Of a DNA stretch of 64,000 bases, positions 1-13,088 are shown piece after piece. The notes under the pieces were generated by a model. It saw only the letters and a program-made list of their open reading frames with translations, was not told the DNA's origin and made no database searches. Each line of letters begins with the position of its first letter. Position 1 is the first letter of the stretch. The translations under genes were made by a program, and so were the position numbers. Source of the DNA: Felis catus (taxonomy: Eukaryota); NCBI RefSeq assembly GCF_018350175.1, contig NC_058382.1:55244001-55308000 (forward strand). The letters run 5' to 3'.

Positions 1-37
1 ATGAATTCAAAAAAGATTCTTCTGTGTTCATCTTGGG
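1..37 (+). CDS. PLCG2: PLCG2 exon 8 (5' end cut by window), (D)EFKKDSSVFILG
   Basis: Translation; donor GG|GTGAGG at 38, phase 2 matches next exon. Confidence 0.92.
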
Positions 38-691
38 GTGAGGCACCTCTTCTGGGTTATTGTTGTTCAGGGCGGCTGTGTTGGGCTTGGGTGCCCGTGT
101 GGGTCCTCCCAGCTGGCTCCAAGGGTGGGGGCACCTCTGTGGGCACGCGCTGATCTCCACAGGGGCAAAGTCTCTGATTGGGAAATTGGCTGTCCTGAGC
201 CCGTGGCATGGATAAACGTGAACAACAGCAGGGTTTGTGGAGTGGTGGGAGGGTGGGCCAGCAGGTTCCGCAGAGAAGCCTGTATGCTTTAGGACCTGCT
301 CTCCCAGAATGGAGTTTTGGAAATGCCTGGTTAAGCAGATTTAAGTGAATTAAAACGAGTTGAAGCATATGAAGTGCTTCCTGTGGTGTGTGGGATGGCC
401 AAGGGCTCATAAATAGTGATACTGGATATTATTAAAATGTAAGTGCTGCAGGACTTGTCAGGACCTTTACTATTCTTCCTCATTCCCCAAGTGGGGATTT
501 ATGAAATGTTCTGTGATTATGAAATGTTGGCCACGGAGTTAACAGCACCTAAAATGATTTGTGGCACGCTGATCTAGGCCTACCTTTCAGAACCAGTCCT
601 CATTGACGAGGACACTCTGGCAACTGACCCCTGTTCCTTTCTAAACCAGAAACCTCAAGACTGCACAGTATCTATGAAACATCTGGTTTTT

Positions 692-1248
<557 letters not shown>

Positions 1249-1263
1249 AACATCTGGGTTTTT

Positions 1264-1412
1264 GTTTGTTTTCTTTTTTCTTTTTTTTTTCTTTTTTATT
1301 ATATGAAATATATTGTCAAGTTAGTTTCCATACAACACCCAGTGGCCATCCCAAAAGATGCCCTCTTCAGTACCCAACACCTCCCCTCCCCTCCCTCCCA
1401 CCCCCCATCAAC
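1264..1412 (-). mobile_element. 5'-truncated carnivore L1 3' end (about 150 bp)
   Basis: T-rich tail then gtttccatacaacacccagt...cctcccacccccc, the recalled feline L1 3' UTR terminus. Confidence 0.75.
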
Positions 1413-1421
1413 CTGGTTTTT

Positions 1422-1631
1422 AAAAAAATGTTTAATTTTTTATTTGGAGAGAGCGCATGTGCATGAGTGGGGGAGGGGCAGAGAGAGAGGGAGGGAGGGA
1501 GGGAGAGAATCCCCAGCACATTCCACACTCAGCACAGAGCCCAACTCGTGGCTCAGTCTCAGGACCGTGAGATCATGACCTGAGCCGAAATCAAGACAGG
1601 TATTTAACTGACTGAGCCACCCAGGCACCCC
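1422..1631 (-). mobile_element. Can-SINE (older type)
   Basis: gagatcatgacctgagccgaaatcaag...gagccacccaggcacccc, (GA)n, T tail. Confidence 0.9.
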
Positions 1632-2657
1632 AAAACAAATCTGATTTTCATGTAGTATTTTAAGGAAAAAATGAGGGTTAGACCATGAGGGTCGTTAGCA
1701 AAGAAGATTGGAAGTACATTTGCAATTAGAGAATGACGATAGACTTTGGGATTCTAAGTGAGTTCAGTAAAGGCAACAGTTGAAAGTGTGTTTTATCGCC
1801 TGTGCTTTAAAAGACACCCCCGCTTCCCTCCCCCCCACATAGACACCTTGCAGATTCTAGGGGTAAAGTATAGATTTCCCCTTAAAGCTCTGTTCTACAG
1901 AATGCACTTTCCACAGAAGCCAGGGTTGCTCTGCCAGTCCAGTGAGGTCCCACTTTTTCAGTGGCCCCGAACATCCTCTCCATGAGGCCATCTGTCAGCA
2001 GGCTGCCGGCTGAGGTGGGGTCTCCCTGTATGCAGGGCGAAAGGTTCTCTCCTCTCAAACGGAAAATTCTCCCAACAGTAGGCCTTCATCTGCTCCAAAG
2101 CCTGTGTCTTGTGTCTTCAGGCTGATTCCCCCCACCCTCCCAGAACCTGGGGGGCTTCAGCTGACCCCCACTGCTGCTTCGGAGCCCTGAGTGGCTCAGC
2201 AAACTGGATTGTGGCTTCCGAGGAGACCCTTTGATGGGGCCCTGTTCGCTTCTCCAGCATAAGCTCCCCCCCAAATGCTGTCCACATCCAGCCCGACCCA
2301 AGCATTTGCTGTGCGGTTCAGGTCTGCCCCCCCTCCCCCACTGCTCTCTCCCTCCACCTCCTGCCCCTTGCCCCCCTTCTCTTTTTCCTTAGGACTTGGG
2401 ATATATGGTTCCCTTTGTCTGAGACCCTTTGCACGTCCTGGCGAGCCCCTCCTCCTTCTCTGGGACTCCGTTAGCTGTTGGGTCCTCCAGGTCTGGATTT
2501 GGGCCTCTCCCTGTGCACTGGCCCCTCGTTTCCCCGTTGGCCAGCCTGCCACCCAGCTCCCTGGAGGGACTCACAGGGTGCCTGGTGGCAGGCTGCCCGG
2601 TGCGCAGCCTCTGTCGATCGTGTCCTCTCTAAACACCCTCCCTTTCCCCGAGGGCAG

Positions 2658-2730
2658 CAACACCGACCGGCCGGATGCCTCCGCTGTTTACCTGCACGAC
2701 TTCCAGCGGTTTCTCCTACACGAACAGCAG
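2658..2730 (+). CDS. PLCG2: PLCG2 exon 9, [24 protein letters not shown] (EF-hand region)
   Basis: cag| acceptor, |gtgagg donor, 73 nt. Confidence 0.95.
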
Positions 2731-3147
2731 GTGAGGGCAGGCCAGGGCTGGGGGAGCTGGAGGAGCTGCCTGGGCCGGGTTCTCATCTTCTCACCACCCT
2801 GCACCAGTGACACACTGGTGCTCCCGTCCGATGCCGCTCTGGTGTCTTAGACTCTGGAAGGAGAACCGCCTCATGTTGGCCCCTTTCCAAGGCACAAATC
2901 CAGAAGGGGAGAGTGAGAGTAGTCCGAGGCAGGTGGGTGCCCCGTCTGTTCCCCCCTAGCGGGCTTCCGCTCCCTCTCCTGGCTCATCACACGTGGCCTT
3001 TTCCTGGAAGCCTTCCCTGAGCGATGGGAAGATGTGACCGGGCGGATGAGCCTGCCGGGTCCTCTGGGGGATAAAACAGCACAGCCGTCCTTAAACAAAT
3101 GACACATGGGGAAGCGCTGGTGGCAGAGTGAAGGGCTTTTGTGTCGG

Positions 3148-3335
3148 GCAGTAGTTTTCCACCAGAGTCATTGCACCAAACGGGGGGTTGCGGGCGTGTC
3201 TGGAGAGGTTTTTGGTTGCCACAAGTGGGAAGGCTCCTGGTACCTCGTGGGTAGAAGCCAGAGATACTGCCTGACATCCTGAAATGCACAGGTCACCCAA
3301 CCCCAAATGTCAGTAGTGCTGTGGTTGGAAAAACA
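3148..3335. mobile_element. MER20-like hAT fossil
   Basis: tctggagaggtttttggttgccacaa...gggtagaagccagagatactgc...aaatgtcagtagtgc resembles the recalled MER20 consensus. Confidence 0.65.
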
Positions 3336-5897
3336 GTTCGACAGAGAGAAACGTGAGATCCTCTTACTAGCTGTGTGACCTTGGGCAGGTGGTTTGACCT
3401 TTCTGTTCCCCAGTTTCCTCTCTAAGTGGGGATGGGAGCCCTACTTTCCAGAATCGTGGGGTCAGAGAAGATTGCAGTGATCTTTGTATGTACGTATACA
3501 TGTATTTTTGTGCAGATACTTAAAATTTTTTACATCTGTCCCTGGAGTTGTCTTTGCTTCCTCCTTAATTTTTTGGCTTTGGTATTTTAATCGACTTTAT
3601 TTCTTAGAGCCGTTTCAGGTCCGTAGCATTCCAGTTCACTGGCTTCTCAAGAAACTTTTTATTCCAAAACATCTCAGACATGTGCAAGAGTAGACAGGCA
3701 TCACGAGCCACCGCGTATCCATCACTCAGATTAAGAAGTTACGGACGTTTCCCCGATTTTATTTCTCCTGCCCTCCACCTCCACACCCACGTGCCCCCCC
3801 TCCCCTTCTTCTCCATTTCTTTAGTGGAATAATCTAAAGCAAACCCCAGGCTACGTACTATTTCCTTTGTAAATGCTTCAGTGCGTCTCTCTTACAGATA
3901 CGGACTTTTTTTTTCCCCACAAAACATGACCACAGCAATCCTATTCCACAATCCACACTGAACTCGTTAGTGTCACCCAGCGTATCTCCCATGTTCAGAT
4001 TTCACTGATTGTAGAGCAAGTAATGAGCAGAGACACACAACCGGGGGCAACGCCAGCCGCACGGAAGCCCAGGCAAAGGGGGCAGCTGTGGTGGTGCCTG
4101 ATAAAGGGTGACACCCTTCCCCCGTGCGTGCAGGTTCAAGGAGAGCACCTGAGCCTGCAGCTGTGCGGTGGGGTGCAGCGAAGGGGCACGTGCAGTCTCT
4201 GGGCACCTTGCATGCTGGGTCTGTGCCACCAGCGTCGTAAAGCAGAGAGAGGCACGTGGTTTTCTTTTTCGCCGTCCTCTTTTTTGCCCTAACTACTCAG
4301 TTTGGTGGGAAGCCGTTGAGGCCAGATCCCCGGGGACGAGTAGCCTGACCCCCTAGAATTCACCAGCTTGTGCTGCTTAATTTTACGACACCCACACCGG
4401 CCCCTCGGAGGTCAGGGCTGTGGGTCAGGAGCATAGCGCAGGAGATCTCTCTCCCCAAGTGGGGAGTTAGAACCCAGGGGGCCCCTGATGCCGAGAATGG
4501 GGACACTGAGCCGTCAGTCTCGCAGACCCTTAAGTCCCGTGTGCTTGGCTCTGTGCGATGCCGGCAGGAAGCAGGGCTGCTCATCAGGGACATTTGTTTA
4601 GGGTGCTGGGTGCTCACCCACGGAATACTCACGGAGGCCCCGTTGGGTGTGCAGATCCGTGCAAGGTTTTTAGGGAGCACTTGGGCAATATGCGATTAAA
4701 ATGAAAACTTTGAAGAAAAGGTTTATATACCTCAGTTAAATAACTGCCCTCCTAGGAACTCACCCTACAGAAGCAATGGCAGAGTTCTTAACAGGAGTGA
4801 AGGCCTGGAACTAACCTAAATTCCCACCGGAGGACTGGTTACATGTGCCACAGGCCAGCCCTGGCCGGCGGGGGATGGGTGCCCCTGTCGAACAGGTTGG
4901 GGGCAGGGGGAGGGGGTCAAAAGGAAGACTCCAGAAGTGATGTGCCGGGGTCGGTCTCGGGCTCACTGTTGGGGGGCAAGTTATTTAATGACTCAAAGCC
5001 TCAGCTTCTTCACTCCCATAACATGGAGAGTAACGTATGTACCTTCTGGGGCTGCATGAGTTTAAAACGAGCCGCTCTGTGAAAAAGGTTTAACGCAGAG
5101 CCTGGCCATACAGTCCGTGCCCAGTGCTGAGACTCTCGTCCCCGTTTTCTCTGTTATGCTTCTCGTTTTCATGATCGTAGCTGCCTGGCACCCCACCCCA
5201 CCCCACGTAGATACTTTTTTATTTATTTTTAACTCGCGGAATGTTGGTATTTTATCCTCCTTTATGCTGAAGATGTTATTCACAGCCAGGCTAGTTCCAC
5301 GTTAAGCTGGCTCAGCCCCTGTGCCTTTTAGTAAATGCAAAAGCTTTGTAGGAGGAGGAACGAGGAAGCCCCTGGCCTTTGGTGGGGGGGACACCTAGGT
5401 CTGGCGAGGCGTTTGCATTAAGTATCCCTGTGATTTGAGTTTTATGTTCCAGTATTCAAAGATCGTCGCGCCTCGTGTGTGGATGAGCCGGCCGCTCCCA
5501 GCCTCCCAGCTACTTTGTGTCCCTATCCAAGTAGATTTGCAAACATCCACAGTAAGGTTCGTTGTTGGTCAGCCACCCACGTGCCAACAGGGCCATCTCT
5601 TTACCACCTTATTTGCATCTGCCCTTGCCTTTTGCTTCTTTCAGACTTCCCGGTCTGACCCTTCCTGTCCAACCACACACACATCTGATGGCGCATTTGC
5701 TTTTATCATCCTTAAAGGTAGAGGTTTTAGCATATTCAGAAGCCATGAAGCATTAGTCACAGTTGAAACTATGTCACGTTTCGTCTTTTTGTGCATCTTT
5801 TTTGCCTATGAGTGTATGGGCTTCTAGGCATTAGAGCGGAAAACAGTACAGTTACTTAATACCACGTGTTCTTTTTCTAATGGGCTTCTGAATTTCT

Positions 5898-6105
5898 TTT
5901 TTTTAATGTTTTTATTTATTTTTGAAGGAGAGAGAGAGCATGAGCAGGGGAGGAGCAGAGAGAGAGGCAGACATAGAATTTGAAGCAGGCTCCAGGCTCT
6001 AAGTGGTCACCCCAGAGCCCGATGCGGGGCTCGAGCTCACGAACTGTGAGATCACGACCCAAGCCGAAGTCGGACGCTTAACCGACTGAGCTACCCAGGC
6101 GCCCC
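5898..6105 (-). mobile_element. Can-SINE (feline type)
   Basis: Complete element; TSD tgggcttc(t/c)gaatttct at 5881 and 6107. Confidence 0.95.
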
Positions 6106-6424
6106 GTGGGCTTCCGAATTTCTAAGTGGTAGAAGCTGTTTTCGAACGGCTGAAGGTATATTTCAGACACCATCAACATCTGAGAAGCGTTACTTGGCGG
6201 ACTCTTTGAAAAGAGGACGTATTCTAGGTCAGTTGATTTGGAACCTCCACTCTGCGGCTTACCAGCTATGTGAACTTGGGGTTGTCACGTGACATCCTGA
6301 GCCTCTGTTTCCTCGGCTTTTAAATGACAGTGGCAACGAATGAAGTGCGGAGTTGCATGGACTGAGGTGACCCCAGGAGGAAGACAATTGTTTGCACAAG
6401 CTGCCAGGATTGGAGCACCTTCTA

Positions 6425-6638
6425 ATGTTTGTTTATTGTTGAGAGAGAGAGAGAGAGAGAGACAGACAGAGCGTGAGCAGCAGAGGGGCAGAGAGAGAGG
6501 GAGACACAGAATCCAAAGCAAACTCCAGGCTCTGAGGTGTCAGCACAGAGCCCGAAGTGGGGCTCGAACTCCGGAACCATGAGATCATGACCTGAGCTGA
6601 AGTTGGATGCTTAACCGACTGAGCCACCCTCGTGCCCC
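6425..6638 (-). mobile_element. Can-SINE inserted in MIR-rich sequence
   Basis: Complete element; degenerate TSD gagcac(c/t)ttcta. Confidence 0.93.
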
Positions 6639-6861
6639 AGATCAGAGCACTTTCTATGTACCAGATGCTATGTTAAGCACATAGCCTTATTTCCTGCAGT
6701 CTCTGACAGAAAGTCTGTGCATAGGTGTTATTCTCATGTAGTAAATGAGACACGGAAGGGGCACGTAACTTGCCAGGGTCAGCCAAGTGACCAACCCTGG
6801 CAGTCCGACATAACTATGCTCCCAGCCTCTTCAGGCTAATAAATGTAGAGGGCTAGCACAG

Positions 6862-7062
6862 GGCAGGAGTCGGCAAAGTATGGCCCATGGGCCAAATCTG
6901 GCCCACCACTTGTTTTTCTAAATAAAGTTTTATTGGAACGCAGCCATGGCCATTTATGTATGTATTGTCTATGGCTCCTTTTTCAGTACAGTAGCAGACT
7001 TGAGTGGTTGTGACCCAAAGCCTAAAATTTACCCTCTGGTCCTTTACAAAGAGTGCTGGCCA
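6862..7062 (+). mobile_element. MER58-like hAT fossil
   Basis: ggcaaagtatggcccatgggccaaatctggccc...taaataaagttttattggaac. Confidence 0.75.
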
Positions 7063-7160
7063 GGCACAGAGTAACGTGTGATATGCGGGCGTTGATCGCA
7101 CACGCGTTCAGAACAGGTTGGCGTTTTGGTCTCTGATGGAAACTGGATCCTGAGAGATGA

Positions 7161-7487
<327 letters not shown>

Positions 7488-7704
7488 TAGAGGGCATCTG
7501 CCGCCGGCCTGTGGCTAACAACCTAAGCACGGCCAGGAGATTGGAAGGTCGATGGGGCTTCTGCACCTGCCCCCTGCTCCGTGTGAAGCAGCAGGGGATG
7601 GACGGAGAGCAGGGTGGGACGGGGAGGGGGGGAGGGCGCTCCTGCCTCGTGTAAGCTTGTGCCCAGGCAGCACAGTGTAGCACCCGTGTCCCTCAATCTG
7701 ATTT

Positions 7705-8084
7705 TGTTTGTAATTATTTTTTAATTATTTTTAATTATTTATTAATTATTAATTATTTAATTATTATTTATTTATATTTAATTATTTAATTATTTATTAT
7801 TATTTATTATTGTTTATTATTATTATTTATTATTATTTGTTATTATTATTATTTATATTTAATTATTTAATTATTTTTTAATTATTTTTTAATTATTTGT
7901 TTATTTTTTGAGACAGAGAGAGACACAGCATGAACGGGGGAGGGGCAGAGAGAGAGGGAGACACAGAATCGGAAACAGGCCCCAGGCTCCGAGCTGTCCG
8001 CACAGAGCCCGACGCGGAGCTCGAACTCACGGATTGTGAGATCATGACCTGAGCTGAAGTCGGACGCTCAACTGACTAACCCCC
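7705..8084 (-). mobile_element. Can-SINE with a tail expanded to about 200 bp of AT low-complexity sequence
   Basis: SINE body 7905-8084; (TTA/TTTAA)n tail 7705-7905. Confidence 0.92.
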
Positions 8085-8353
8085 AATCTTAATTTTTTTT
8101 TAAGGGGTGAGGACACTTCCTGCCTGCTAGATGTTAGGATACTGGTGATGTTTTTTGGCTCTGGTTGGGTGCTGGGTTCACAAAAGTTCATGGTATTATT
8201 ATGCCTTAAAACTTCTGTGTGGGAAGCCTATACTCTTTTCGTATCAGCTATTTTAGGATACACATTAAAAAGGAAAATACCACACAGGTCAGCGAAAACA
8301 TGTGTCCATATATCCTGCCGAAGTCTGAGCGTCCTGTGTTACAAACTTGGGTA

Positions 8354-8566
8354 GAGGCGTCTGGGTGACTCAGTCAGTTAAGTGCCCTGACTCTTGATTT
8401 TGGCTCAGGTCATGAACTCGTTCGTGAGTTTGAGCCCCACGTCAGGCTCTGCACTGACAGCACAAAGCCTGCTTGGGATTCTCTCTCTCCCTCTCTGCCC
8501 CTCCTCTGCTCTCTGTCTTTTCCTCTCTCCCTCTCAAAGTTAATAAAGAAACAAAAAAACAAAACA
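8354..8566 (+). mobile_element. Can-SINE
   Basis: Perfect TSD aaacttgggta at 8343 and 8567. Confidence 0.93.
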
Positions 8567-8713
8567 AAACTTGGGTACCTGAGGCCTGGAGACCATCTTC
8601 TCTGAGTTGATGTATCAGAGCCGCCATTTCTCCGTTGTTGGCATAGACGGGAAAGATCCAGGCACCGTCGGTCCCCCTCATCAGGGTGATGATCTTGTCT
8701 CTGTGACTCCTAG

Positions 8714-8833
<120 letters not shown>

Positions 8834-9799
8834 TGAGTTTCTTGGTGAGCCTGTGATGGGCCCGGCAGCCAAAGGCAGCATGGTGGGGTGCCGGTGCCCT
8901 GCTCTTAGAAGTGCGTGGGAGCGGGCAGGGTGCAGGGCCACATTGCTCAGACTGGAATATACACAAGCTTCTGGAAGGGACATCAGAACACACCCCCCCT
9001 TTCCCAGGTGATATTTGCAATAATCGTGTTTTCTCTGTGGCCCTAAGAAGCAGGTTGGCAAAGCTGGTTTTCACGGTTTGGACATCTCCTAGTAGCCACA
9101 GCAGAGCAACTGAATTAGTTATTGAACTGGTCCTGACTGGGTCTGTACCCTGTGCTGGGCACTGGGGATACAGCAGTGAAGAAAGAGGGAGCCCTCTCCT
9201 CATGCCCTTGGAGGGGGAAAAGGCCTCCTTTGATTTAAGGATGTACAGGAGTTGGTGAGAGACAAAGAGGTGGTGAGGCAAGGAGGAACAGCATGTTCAA
9301 AGGTCCAGGGGCATGAGGAACGGAGCGGGGTTTGTTAAGACGAGACTCTAGAATCCAGGAGGGTGAATGATAAGAGAGCAGGACAGCAGTTGTGTTTGAG
9401 TGGAATCTGCCAGAGAGCAACACGTTCCAATGTTTGCAAGATTATCCTGATTGCAAGAGAGGGTAGACTGGAAGAAAGAAATGGATGTTGCACCAAAGTT
9501 CCAGTATTTAATCTGCCTTGTAAGGTGAGAAGGTGAAAGTCTTGGGGCCTGGGCATCATGAGAGCTACAGGTTGGTACCTTTCCAAGGGCCGTGGCAGAC
9601 AGGAGTCAGAGAGAAGGCATTTTGGGAAGGTAAAGTCTTTTTCAGGGGCAAAATGATTGCATGGTTGTCTCTTTCCTCCCATGTCCATTGGCTTAGAGTG
9701 GTGAATTCTACCAAATCCAGAGGATAGTTAAGGAACGTGAACTCTTAAAAGGGTGGGGGGTGGATGTGGTGAGAAGGAGAGTGCATAAAACTCTGCTTC

Positions 9800-10026
9800 T
9801 TTTTATTAAAAATTTTTTAAATGTTTATTTGTTTTTGAGAGAGAGAGAGAGAAAAAGAATGGGTGGGGGAGGGGCAGAGACAGAGAGGGAGACACAGAAT
9901 CCAAAGCAGGCTCCAGGTTCTGAGCTGTCAGCACAGAGCCCAACATGGGGCATGAACCCACAAACCACGAGATCATACCCTGAGCTGGAGTTGGACACTT
10001 AATCAACTGAGCCACCCAGGCACCCC
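9800..10026 (-). mobile_element. Can-SINE
   Basis: Complete element. Confidence 0.93.
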
Positions 10027-10394
10027 AAAATAGGCATTTTTATGTCAGTTTTGGTGGACATAATTCAAAGTCTATTGAGTTCTAGCAGTGGTTGTTGAAG
10101 AGCTGTGCTTGGCCTGGAGCCCTGAAACGAAAACAGTGGCCCAGCATTGGACTGAGGGCCTAGTGGACACCATAGCGGGGGCGGGTATGAATCGACGGCC
10201 ATATGTGCGTTTCATTCCTGATACACTTTGACCGAGTGCTTCTCCAAAGAACACACAGCCTCGCCCCTTCCCTTGGATTGCCAAGGTGGCTACTGTCCAC
10301 ATCCTGCGATTGTGGCCTGAGTCTAAGGCTCGTGACTGGTGTGGCCACACGATTGCACGTGTCCGGCCCGGATCCCGACCGCCGATCTTTCTAG

Positions 10395-10727
<333 letters not shown>

Positions 10728-10935
10728 TGAGGGATGTGGCCTCCAACAGCCAGGGAGGGACCTTTCCCCAGAGGGTTTCCCCCCAGGGCAAGGGGTGGTG
10801 TTGAGCCTGGCTGGGTTGGAGTCAGAAACCCTTGGGCAACGGATTTGGGCATCTGATGCAGCGGCAGGGCTGGGGGAGGCCAGGACCTAAGCTTTGCTAA
10901 TGCTCCTCTCCTCCTCCAGCTTCCGTCTGGGCTGT

Positions 10936-11171
10936 TTTAATTTATTTTTTATTTATTTTAATTCATTTTTATAACAATTATTTTTGGGAGAGAGAGAGAG
11001 AGAGCGCGAGCTGGGGAGGGGCAGAGAGAGAGGGAGACACCGAATCGGAAGCAGGCTCCAGGCTCTGAGCTGTCAGCACGGAGCCCGACGCGGGGCTTGA
11101 ACCCACGAACCATGAGATCATGACCTGAGCCCAAGTTGAACGCTCAACTGACTGAGCCACCCAGGTGCCCC
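10936..11171 (-). mobile_element. Can-SINE
   Basis: Complete element. Confidence 0.93.
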
Positions 11172-11780
11172 GCCCCCTCTTCTGAGCTGCTTTTGGAGGA
11201 AGGCTAGAGCCCTCTGTGTTTCGCAGCTGGCCCAGCCACGGGTACCACCCTGGATGTTCTTTTCATAGCTGCTCACAGACACCCCGACATAGGTGATCCA
11301 GGCCCTTAGAGACGTCCAGCCGCTTCAACTTTCTCAGCCCTCACCCCCCTGGCCTGCCTGTACCACCACTGGCCCGCAGGTGCCTTGGGCTGAGAAAGGG
11401 CACAGAGAACTGACTTAGGCTCCGATTTTGTCACAAACACTCACCGTGGCATCAGACTTTAATGGCAGTTATTCCTGTAGACAGTTGCCTACGTGTATAC
11501 CACCCTGCCTTCCAGGAAAAAGCAAATGTGAAAAAAACCTATCAGCTCCTACTTCCTCTGGGGGTTGAAAATAGAGGGGCTGTTCACCTTTTCTGTTGGG
11601 ATGTTTTACCAGAGCTTTAAAAAAATAAATGTCTCCTTGTTCAGTATTACTTCCACTAGCAGAAAAAGCAAGCCAAGTGAAATAAGAAAAAAAAAATCCC
11701 ACGTTATAAATATCTTCTTTAAAAAGAAACGTTTAAACTAGTTTCTTTTGGACAAATGTGTCGCATTACAAAGGGACCTT

Positions 11781-12007
11781 TATTTATTTTTTTTAAGTTT
11801 ATTTAACTTTATTTTGAGAGAGAAACAAACACACAGCGTTACTGGGGAGGGGCGGGGGGGGGGAGGCGGGTAGAGAGAGAATCCCAAGCAGGGTCTGCCC
11901 TGTCAGTGCAGAGCCTGATGCAGGGCTCGAACTCATGTACCGTGAGATCATGACCTGGCCTAAATCAAGGGTCAGGTGCTTAACCAACTGAACCACCCCG
12001 AAACCCC
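11781..12007 (-). mobile_element. Can-SINE
   Basis: TSD tacaaag(g/a)gacc at 11767 and 12008. Confidence 0.92.
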
Positions 12008-12271
12008 TACAAAGAGACCCTTAATCGAGCAACCCAGACCTTCCTGTAACTGCATGGGTAATGCATGCGCACAGGTAACATGGGTCCTCATGTTGCCGGT
12101 CCCTGAAGGGAATTTTTGGGTGTGGCCCCCCGTGTCGTAGGATCTGAGCCACGTGGGGGCCGCGGCCAACCTCACAGCTGCCCCCCCCCCCCCGCAGTGT
12201 GCCTGCTGTCAGTGGACTCTCGAGGCGGAGAGTGACGGGCAGGTGTTGAGGCTGCATGTCTGTTCCCTCAG

Positions 12272-12392
12272 TGGACTGCTGGGACGGGCCCGATGGGAAG
12301 CCCATCATCTACCACGGCTGGACGCGGACCACCAAGATCAAGTTTGATGACGTCGTGCAGGCCATCAAAGACCATGCCTTTGTCACCTCAAG
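12272..12392 (+). CDS. PLCG2: PLCG2 exon 13, [40 protein letters not shown] (second catalytic His)
   Basis: cag| acceptor, |gtttgt donor, 121 nt. Confidence 0.96.
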
Positions 12393-12553
12393 GTTTGTGG
12401 GCTTGATTTGCCGGTGGTTCATCTTTAAGGGACAGGTGGACAGACGCCCCTTCCTGCCCCCCTGCCCTCCCACACCCGACGCACGCACAGATACACATCC
12501 GCTAGCCCGGTCTCCATTCTGGCTGGTCGCTGCCAATGTCTTCAACTGGGTGT

Positions 12554-12571
12554 TGGCGCCCCCTGCAGGCC
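12554..12571 (-). promoter_or_regulatory. Candidate CTCF site
   Basis: Minus strand GGCCTGCAGGGGGCGCCA closely matches the CTCF core; motif only. Confidence 0.4.
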
Positions 12572-12599
12572 CAAAGTGCAAGTCCCTCCCTGGTTCTAG

Positions 12600-13088
<489 letters not shown>

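Noticed and set aside
2275..2850. 191-aa ORF
   Set aside because: Only the 73-nt exon 9 portion is coding; the rest is intronic read-through.
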